Shown: positions 57,215 to 64,000 of the stretch, piece by piece
How the letters are laid out: each line of letters begins with the position of its first letter
How positions within the stretch are numbered: the first letter of the stretch is position 1
The notes under the pieces: model-generated
What the model saw: the letters and a program-made list of their open reading frames with translations, nothing else
What the model was told of the DNA's origin: nothing
Database searches by the model: none
NCBI GenBank assembly: GCA_046735395.1
Contig: JBJKQR010000027.1
Span: 1 to 64,000 of the forward strand
Length of the DNA stretch: 64,000 nt
From: Fidelibacterota bacterium
Lineage (GTDB): Bacteria; Fidelibacterota; Fidelibacteria; Fidelibacterales; DSDE01
Reading direction: 5' to 3'
Position numbers and translations under genes: made by a program

Positions 57215-58168
57215 TTAATGAATTCGTGTAAGCATTTCTTCACAGAGCGTGATGAGAAAACTGCGGATTTCCTCATTGGGCAATTCCCTGAAGATTCGGA
57301 TGGCGCTGTCTGTATATCGGGCGGCCAGGTCCCGGGACTGATCCAGAAGCCAGGGCTGGGAGAGCTGGGGCAATATCCGTTTGAAATTCTCCGTCGTTTT
57401 TTCCTCTGGCAGGGGGCCGAAGGCTTCCATGTATTTAAAATAGGGCAGTGTCATCTTTCCCATCAGAAAATCCGTACCGATGGGCTTGCCGGTAATTTTG
57501 CTGTCACCGACGATATCGAGAATATCGTCCACGTACTGAAAGGCTATTCCAAGGTCCATCCCGGCTTTGCTGAGCTTTTCAATCCATTCATGGTCCGCAT
57601 CGGCCAGAATACTTCCGATTCGGCAGGATCCCCAGAAAAGGTAGGCGGTCTTATCGGTGATAATCCGCTGATATGTATCGAAATCGTAGCCGGTATGATT
57701 TGCCTGATCTTCAGTGAGCTGTCCTTCTCCGAGGCGCTTCAGCGAGATGACAACCGAATCCACGACTTTATTGGGGAGCAGGGATGCGAGGCCGTATCCC
57801 TCGACAAAGAGATAATCCCCGGCCAGCAGAGCGGGAGAGAGTCCGTGCTCGGCAAACGCGGTCATTGCACCCCGCCGCGTCTTGCTGTTGTCCATGATGT
57901 CATCATGTATCAGCGAGGCGGTATGAATCAGTTCCAGGGCCGTTGCTGCCTTGTAGGCATTCTCTTCATCCTGTCCGTTCATGGCCCGGAAGGTGGCCAG
58001 AATCAGCAGAGGCCTCAGTCTCTTGCCGCCACTGAGAACGGCTTCCGTTGTAATCTTTTCCATCAGCGCGTTCTGGGAATGACAGGATTCCTTCAGTCTG
58101 CTTTCCACGACCCGGATATCATCCTTAAGACGGCCCGGCAGATCAATTGTATTTGTTTTAAGCTTCAC
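57215..58168 (-). CDS. Polyprenyl diphosphate synthase
   Basis: GGKRLRP, ELIHTASLIHDDIMD..TRRG, AGDYL, KTA, FQYVDDILD, GK.TLP; GTG start. Confidence 0.92.
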   Translation of the reverse strand: MKLKTNTIDLPGRLKDDIRVVESRLKESCHSQNALMEKITTEAVLSGGKRLRPLLILATFRAMNGQDEENAYKAATALELIHTASLIHDDIMDNSKTRRGAMTAFAEHGLSPALLAGDYLFVEGYGLASLLPNKVVDSVVISLKRLGEGQLTEDQANHTGYDFDTYQRIITDKTAYLFWGSCRIGSILADADHEWIEKLSKAGMDLGIAFQYVDDILDIVGDSKITGKPIGTDFLMGKMTLPYFKYMEAFGPLPEEKTTENFKRILPQLSQPWLLDQSRDLAARYTDSAIRIFRELPNEEIRSFLITLCEEMLTRIH

Positions 58169-58315
58169 GATTCCTTCGACTCAGATTTTGTCCGGAATAT
58201 AAGCCTTTTGTCCATAAAAACGAAGTTCAATTCCTGTTCCTGGCGCGGACGGCTTAGGATGGGCAGCAGCTTTCTGATAAACTGGTAGCGATTTAGAGAA
58301 AAGGGGATTATACGA

Positions 58316-58343
58316 AAACAGGCCGGTCATTGCCGGCCCGTTT
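58316..58343 (-). terminator. Probable terminator of the octaheme cytochrome gene
   Basis: AAACAGGCCGG-TCATTG-CCGGCCCGTTT. Confidence 0.55.
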
Positions 58344-58364
58344 ACAGTTGCTTTTTTATATTAT

Positions 58365-59747
58365 CTATTTCTTATGCGGATTGAAGCGGCCGCCGGCTCT
58401 GCGGGGATCGCCGTTGCGGTAGCCCAGGGCTGCCCAGTCCATCCGGGTCTGTCTCGGACCGTGGCAGTCAACGCATTGAAGGGCATCCTCCTTCGGTGCG
58501 ACCATATGATTGATTTTCCAGTACATGGCTGTTTCGGCAAAATCGTACTGTCCGCTGTATTCGAGGTGATTGGCGAGCGATCCGGTTTCGAGGGCCTTGT
58601 TCCAGTCGTAGTCGGCCCAGAATCCTTTCCAGAGCTGGGGCGTCAGGAGATATTTATTTACCTTGTCAGCCACCTGCTTGCCGCGATGAACTTTAAAGGG
58701 ATAGATCTTTGCATCTTTCTGCGAAATGTTGCCTTTGGGCCGCGAGATGTAATTGACGGTATTGAAATCGATGGGATCTCCCAGTACCATGCGGTCATTG
58801 TCGCCATTGTACCAGTCATATTCAGGAACAACATTCTTCCCCCAGGTAATGGCCCCCTTGTTCTTAGTAAAGCCGGGCTGGCCGTACTGTTCGGGCACAT
58901 CCTTCAGATCCTTTCCGGCCTGGCTCCAGTCCCAGTACATGGAGGTTGGATTTTCCCGGGCAAATTCCGGGATGTGGCAGGTCTGACAGGCGAGACTGCG
59001 GAAATGCCGGTTCAGGGTCGCGCTCACATGCGGATTGGCGGAATGACAGTTTTCGCACTGAACGAGCTTGGTGTTCCTGGATGCGAGGCTGAGCGCATTT
59101 CCCGGAATCTGATGATCGTGAGTCTTGTGACAGGCGCTGCAGTCATAATCCTGCCCTTCCGGGCTCATGTGCACATCCAGGGATTTGGGTCCGTTGATGA
59201 GTGCGGATTCCAGATCACCGTGTTTCACATTGTTGCCGCCACCTCCGTAAAAATGACAGGATCCGCAGGTTTCATTGCTGGTGGGCCCGACACTTTTCGC
59301 GATTTTTTCCAGATCCAGGCCGGGAACTTCCCGTCCGGCGCCGGCAGGACTTTTTTTATAGGTTCCGGTGCGGTCATGGCAGACCAGACAGTCTATCCTG
59401 TCGCGGTTGGTCAGATCGAAATTGTCATCCGTCCAGCCGTATCCGGCATGACAGCTGGTACAGCGGGGCCAGTTTGAGGCGATTCCGATACAGAAATTAT
59501 TGACGACGGTGCGTTTTCCCAGAGGAATGAGCTTTCCGTTTCGCTCTACGGTGGAAGCGGAGTCCAGAAGCGTCCAGTGTACGCTTTTCAGGAAGGCTGT
59601 TGCCTGTTCATCGTGGCATTCGATACAGGCGGCGGTGACGTCCTCGCCACTGCTGAAGGGTCCGCTGAGGTAGTCGCTGTGATCTTCAAATGCAAAAGTC
59701 TGTCCTGCAAGGATTAAAATTCCCAGAGCTGCTGTGTACAGTTTCAT
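58365..59747 (-). CDS. Octaheme c-type cytochrome, tetrathionate reductase (OTR) family
   Basis: Signal peptide; eight CXXCH (CIECH, CTSCH, CLVCH, CGSCH, CSACH, CENCH, CQTCH, CVDCH); GK..VNNFC, HFYGGGGNNVKHGD, KIYPFKVHRGKQ, INHMVAPK. Confidence 0.9.
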   Translation of the reverse strand: MKLYTAALGILILAGQTFAFEDHSDYLSGPFSSGEDVTAACIECHDEQATAFLKSVHWTLLDSASTVERNGKLIPLGKRTVVNNFCIGIASNWPRCTSCHAGYGWTDDNFDLTNRDRIDCLVCHDRTGTYKKSPAGAGREVPGLDLEKIAKSVGPTSNETCGSCHFYGGGGNNVKHGDLESALINGPKSLDVHMSPEGQDYDCSACHKTHDHQIPGNALSLASRNTKLVQCENCHSANPHVSATLNRHFRSLACQTCHIPEFARENPTSMYWDWSQAGKDLKDVPEQYGQPGFTKNKGAITWGKNVVPEYDWYNGDNDRMVLGDPIDFNTVNYISRPKGNISQKDAKIYPFKVHRGKQVADKVNKYLLTPQLWKGFWADYDWNKALETGSLANHLEYSGQYDFAETAMYWKINHMVAPKEDALQCVDCHGPRQTRMDWAALGYRNGDPRRAGGRFNPHKK

Positions 59748-59815
59748 TCTTAACCCCCTGAAATCCTGTGGATTTCCTGTTTATGATTAAATAATGTTCA
59801 TCTTGTATTCAGGGT

Positions 59816-61303
59816 TCAAATTCTTCCATATCTGGCCGTCAGCTGACGGAGTCGCTGCAGCGGAGTGTCCAGTCCTTCGAATGATTCCCGTCTCCAGACC
59901 CAGTTTCCCTCCGTCGTGCTGGGGAAATTCATTCGGGCTTCCTCTCCCAGCTCCAGTATGTCCTGAAGCGGGATGACAGCCCACACGGCGGAACTGGCAC
60001 TCGCGGCTTCGATCAGCGGCCAGACCACCGGTGCTTCCCGGATATCGAGAAAGGCCGCCAGATTATTTTTTTCAATATCCGCGGCGTGCTCATACCAGCC
60101 GGCCAGAGTATTATTATCGTGAGTTCCGGTATACACGATGCAATGTCCGTTTCCGTAATTGGCAGGCAGAAAGCCGTTGTCCGGTCCCGAATCAAAGGCG
60201 AACTGAAGGATCTTCATCCCCGGAAAACCGTATCGCGCCATCAGCATTGAAACATCTTCGGTGATAATGCCCAGATCTTCGGCGATGATGGGAGGATTAC
60301 CGAAACGGAGGCTCAGGGCATCAAAAAATCCCTGACCGCCACCGGAAACCCAGCTTCCGTGTTCGGCGGTTTTTTCACCGAAAGGCACTTCCCAGGCACC
60401 TGCGAATCCCCGGAAATGATCAAGCCGTACAAAATCAACCTGATTCAGAAGATGGCCGATCCGGTCAAACCACCAGGAGTAGTCCCGCTCGCGGAGAACA
60501 TCCCAATTGTAATGCGGGTTGCCCCAGAGCTGGCCGGTTTCGCTGAAAATATCCGGAGGAACGCCGGCGACCACCGTCGGCAGACCCCGGTCATCCAGTT
60601 TGAACAGAGTACGGTGAGCCCAGACATCCACAGAATTATAGGCCACAAAAATCGGGATATCTCCGATGATGCGAATGTTTTTTCGGGTGGCGTAATGTCT
60701 GAGTTCATTCCACTGCCGGTGGAAAATAAACTGTTCGAGCTTGTAGTAATCAAGTTCATCCCCGTGCTCTTCCTGCCAGTCCAGCAAGGCCTGCCGGGAC
60801 CGGTCACGATAGGGTTGCGGCCACTCGGTCCACAGGCTCTGAAAATGCTTCATGAGCGAGGTGAAGAGAGCATAATCCTCGAGCCAGCTGTGATTCTGGG
60901 CCTTGAACTCACGGAAATCACAGGCACTCTCCTCCATCCAGGCCTGATTTTCGATGATGGCCTTCAGCAGTTCCTGCTTCCGCAGGACAGGATCACTGAT
61001 GCGTTGCTCAAGTGTTTGTAGAAGCTCTTTACTGCAGGCGTTGTCCCGGCAGAGTTTTTCCGGTGAAATGAAGCGTGTATTGGCGGCAAAGGCTGAATAG
61101 CTGGAGTAGGGAGACCCGGTATGGTCAGGAATAGTCAGGGGAAGGATCTGCCAGAGCTTCTGCCCGGCCTCGGCCAGCAGGTCTATCCATTTCTCCGCAG
61201 ACGGACCCAGATCACCCATGTTCCAGAATCCGGGGAGGGATGAAACATGGCAGAGGATACCGCTTGCGCGCTGAAAGGGTGTCTCATGCCCGTGACTGTC
61301 CAT
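59816..61303 (-). CDS. malQ: 4-alpha-glucanotransferase (GH77)
   Basis: RASGIL.HVSSLP, WQILPL, GDIPIFV, AGVPPD.FSETGQLWGNP, RLDHFRGF, IAEDLG, YTGTHDN. Confidence 0.95.
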   Translation of the reverse strand: MDSHGHETPFQRASGILCHVSSLPGFWNMGDLGPSAEKWIDLLAEAGQKLWQILPLTIPDHTGSPYSSYSAFAANTRFISPEKLCRDNACSKELLQTLEQRISDPVLRKQELLKAIIENQAWMEESACDFREFKAQNHSWLEDYALFTSLMKHFQSLWTEWPQPYRDRSRQALLDWQEEHGDELDYYKLEQFIFHRQWNELRHYATRKNIRIIGDIPIFVAYNSVDVWAHRTLFKLDDRGLPTVVAGVPPDIFSETGQLWGNPHYNWDVLRERDYSWWFDRIGHLLNQVDFVRLDHFRGFAGAWEVPFGEKTAEHGSWVSGGGQGFFDALSLRFGNPPIIAEDLGIITEDVSMLMARYGFPGMKILQFAFDSGPDNGFLPANYGNGHCIVYTGTHDNNTLAGWYEHAADIEKNNLAAFLDIREAPVVWPLIEAASASSAVWAVIPLQDILELGEEARMNFPSTTEGNWVWRRESFEGLDTPLQRLRQLTARYGRI

Positions 61304-61878
61304 TAATCCTTCAATTCAAGCTCTACGCGAGTCGTTTCCATACTGTCCTGATTGTTGAATGTCTTGTATAAACCGATCAGATCAGAAAATTCACCCCTGA
61401 TATGCCCGCGTCCGCTGTAGGAATAGTCATGAAGCGGGGCGTACATCTCAATACCCCGTCCTTCATTTTCCGTGTATTCGTCCTCCTTGAAATTTTCCAG
61501 ATGAAGCGTGGAGGGAATGCTGTTAATCAGCTTCCGGATTTCATCAGCTTTTTCCCGGTTGAAAACTTCGAAATGGAAGGTGAAGGATGCGGAGACAATG
61601 AGTTTCCGGCTTTTAATCTTCAGTTTGATGCTGTCCTCGGAGGCCTTGATCGTTTCGGCAAAGCGTTCAATGACGGCATTTTCCAGACAGACATGCGTAT
61701 AGCTGTCGAGCTCGAAATATTCCTGCAGAACATCCTTCAGTGTTTCCCGTTTGATGCCGGCTTTGCGATGGAAGAAATAGTCCATATTGGGATTACAGGA
61801 ATACTTGTAGCCCATGAGAAAACCCTTTACAAGAAGGAAGGGGCCTTCAATGACAAGTTCTGAGAATGTTTTAACCAT
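61303..61878 (-). CDS. Hypothetical protein
   Basis: 191 aa ORF with GAGGAG RBS; stop overlaps malQ start (TAATG). Confidence 0.72.
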   Translation of the reverse strand: MVKTFSELVIEGPFLLVKGFLMGYKYSCNPNMDYFFHRKAGIKRETLKDVLQEYFELDSYTHVCLENAVIERFAETIKASEDSIKLKIKSRKLIVSASFTFHFEVFNREKADEIRKLINSIPSTLHLENFKEDEYTENEGRGIEMYAPLHDYSYSGRGHIRGEFSDLIGLYKTFNNQDSMETTRVELELKD

Positions 61879-61901
61879 AGCTTCTCCTCGTTTTCAGCCG
61901 A

Positions 61902-62291
61902 TCAGATGGCTGCTTTGATATCGGTGTAAAATTTAAAAACCAGATCATTCCACCGGTCCAGCGGCATGGAATAATCCCAGTATTTGTTGAGAATGTCATA
62001 GGGCGTTTTCTGGAAGCTTTTCTGCAGAGTGAGCAGAATAAGGATAATGTCGTCCAGAAATCCCAGAAGCCGGAGAGGCAGAATGCGGTTCTTTCCGAAG
62101 GAAATATTCAGGGGGGAAAAGAGATAAACGGCCGATCCGCCGATCCAGATTTTCACTGCGAGCGGCACTTCCGGATCTCTTAAAAGGCGATAAAGCAGTT
62201 TAAGCAGGGATGGCACTGCCTTGACAATGTGTTTCAGCGCCTCTCCTGACGTCACATCCACCGGGTAGGCCGGCATCATTCGTTCTGCCAT
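61902..62291 (-). CDS. YkvA/DUF1232-like small membrane protein
   Basis: LYRLLRDPEVP..VK...AVYLFSP...LGFLDD. Confidence 0.72.
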   Translation of the reverse strand: MAERMMPAYPVDVTSGEALKHIVKAVPSLLKLLYRLLRDPEVPLAVKIWIGGSAVYLFSPLNISFGKNRILPLRLLGFLDDIILILLTLQKSFQKTPYDILNKYWDYSMPLDRWNDLVFKFYTDIKAAI

Positions 62292-62331
62292 AATTACTGC
62301 TAAAATACGGTGAAAATGGCAGTTCTAAAAG

Positions 62332-62358
62332 AAAAAAAGGCGGGGAATCCCCGCCTTT
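62332..62358 (-). terminator. Intrinsic terminator of the Do protease gene
   Basis: AAAAAAAGGCGGGG-AAT-CCCCGCCTTT. Confidence 0.82.
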
Positions 62359-62383
62359 CAGATGCATGTCCGACTTTGGATGA

Positions 62384-63760
62384 TCAGGGTAAAGTCAGGC
62401 CGATAAAATGATTGCTGCCCCGGTATTTTACGAAGAAGAGGACAGAATCTCCGCTTTTATAGGTATTGAGTACGGTGCGATACTCCTTCAGATCCGCGAT
62501 TTCCTGGTTCCCGATTTTGAGGATGATGGTTCCGGGAACGAGGCCCTTCTCGGCGGCATCACTGTTTTCATCTGTTCCGGTGATAATGACACCCTGCTGA
62601 TCCTTGTCAAGGCGGAATGTGTTGCGGATTGTGTCATCAATGTTCTTGACCGTAATACCCAGCTTGCCCGTATTGGCATCGTCGCCGGTCTTTTTTGTTT
62701 TTTCCGCGGGCAATTCGCCCAGTTTTATGGTAACAGTCCGGGTTTTTCCGTCGCGGAAAACACCCAGATCCACTTTTTCACCGGGGCGGCGGGTGGAGAT
62801 GTTCATGCGCAGTTGAGCAGCGGTCACAATGTTATCACCATTGACGGTCTGAATAATATCGCCGGTTTTCAGGCCGGCCTTTTCACCGGGGCTGTCCTTG
62901 ACCACATCTCCCACAAGGGCACCGGAGACATTCTCCAGCCCGAGAGAATTGGCGATATCCTGATCCACTTCCTGAATCTGCACACCGATATAGGCGCGGA
63001 TGACCCGGCCTTCCTTGATGATATCCTGCATATTGTGACGTGCCAGGTTCACGGGGATGGCAAAACCGATTCCCTGATTACCGCCGGAGCGGCTTTCGAT
63101 GGCAGTATTGATCCCGACCAGTTCTCCCTTTGAATTGATGAGCGGGCCGCCGGAGTTCCCGGGATTGATGGCGGCATCCGTCTGGATGAAATTTTCGAAA
63201 TCCAGAATCCCCATGCCGGTCCGTTCCTTGGCCGATACGATGCCCAGGGTTACGGTGGTGTTCAGATGGTCGGAAAAGGGTGAACCGATGGCGAGAACAA
63301 ATTCACCGACTCTCAGGTCATCTGAGTTTCCGAGCGCAATAACGGGCAGATCCTTCTCCTTGACTTTCAGTACGGCCACATCCGAAGCCGGATCGGTTCC
63401 GAGAAGTTCGGCCTTGAGTTCACGCCGGTCCTGCAGATGAATGGTGATGTCTTCGGCATCCTCCACGACGTGATTATTTGTCAGAATGATTCCCTCACCG
63501 ACAATGACACCCGAGCCCAGTACTTTGGACCGGACTTCGTGGTCGCGCTGCTGCGGTCCGAAAAAGAAGAATTCAGGAGGAAACTGTTCGAACATCGGGT
63601 TCTGCTTCATGACTTTTTCAGCCGTAATGGTGACGACGGAGGGGGACACTTTCTGGGCAACGTCGGCGATATCGCGACTCAGGTCATCGAGAGCTGAGGC
63701 CATTGCAAGCGGTACGCTGAGGATCAGCAGTGAGAAAATGATTACAAGTTTTTTCTTCAT
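62384..63760 (-). CDS. DegP/DegQ (Do) serine endoprotease with two PDZ domains
   Basis: Signal MKKKLVII, LGSGVI, LTNNHVV, SDVAVLK, IQTDAAINPGNSGGPL, two PDZ domains. Confidence 0.94.
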   Translation of the reverse strand: MKKKLVIIFSLLILSVPLAMASALDDLSRDIADVAQKVSPSVVTITAEKVMKQNPMFEQFPPEFFFFGPQQRDHEVRSKVLGSGVIVGEGIILTNNHVVEDAEDITIHLQDRRELKAELLGTDPASDVAVLKVKEKDLPVIALGNSDDLRVGEFVLAIGSPFSDHLNTTVTLGIVSAKERTGMGILDFENFIQTDAAINPGNSGGPLINSKGELVGINTAIESRSGGNQGIGFAIPVNLARHNMQDIIKEGRVIRAYIGVQIQEVDQDIANSLGLENVSGALVGDVVKDSPGEKAGLKTGDIIQTVNGDNIVTAAQLRMNISTRRPGEKVDLGVFRDGKTRTVTIKLGELPAEKTKKTGDDANTGKLGITVKNIDDTIRNTFRLDKDQQGVIITGTDENSDAAEKGLVPGTIILKIGNQEIADLKEYRTVLNTYKSGDSVLFFVKYRGSNHFIGLTLP

Positions 63761-64000
63761 GTTCAACCTTTCTTCATTTTGCCTCATTAAATGGATCGGA
63801 TCTTTGAAATGTTCCCGACGAGGTTCTGCCGCGATGGCCGCGGATTTTTTTGTTCCCATCTCACCGGGAAATGGGCTAACTTGCCGCCAATCCGGGTGAA
63901 GTCTGTCGTGTTGTCAATGGCTGCCGCTCCACAGAGCTGATGACCGCTCCCGGATACGGAGAAGGAAAATAATTAAAGAGGCCGGATCGAGATCATGCTG

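Noticed and set aside
63780..63900. Sigma-E-like promoter (two GGAAC motifs on the minus strand) upstream of the Do protease
   Set aside because: Plausible by function, but the -10 match is too weak to call

Overview
A gene-dense, mostly core-genome window of a bacterium that is probably in the FCB superphylum. That placement is inferred from a secreted protein with an 'NYPNPFNP...SGLYF...KMLLLK' C-terminal domain plus spirochaete/Bacteroidota-type ParC/ParE and glutamine synthetase; a Marinimicrobia/KSB1/Calditrichota-like lineage is plausible but unproven. In order: an anaerobic sulfatase maturase + Tat sulfatase, an Old Yellow Enzyme, two PAS kinases with a NarL regulator running into a TonB receptor / DUF4876-like lipoprotein / beta-barrel / Asp-box secreted protein cluster, a kinase-NtrC-ArsR-acnA unit, msrB-msrA fusion, a MoCo-sulfurase-like PLP enzyme, Zn-dehydrogenase + acyl-CoA dehydrogenase + frameshifted glutamine synthetase, parC/parE, tRNA-Ala(CGC) followed by four 46-47 bp hairpin repeats, three transporters, a long + strand run (lepA, amrB/amrA, glpK, two M16 pseudo-peptidases, MmgE/PrpD, LemA-TPM-TPM), an IS4-family element, an N-domain-less ClpB, polyprenyl synthase, octaheme cytochrome c, malQ and a DegP/Do protease. 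The most interesting items are the outer-membrane uptake cluster, the post-tRNA repeat array, the pair of catalytically dead M16 proteins, and a recurring TAnnTT(T)[AC]G promoter-like motif abutting SD-less start codons. All family calls come from motif recognition by eye; no database searches were run.
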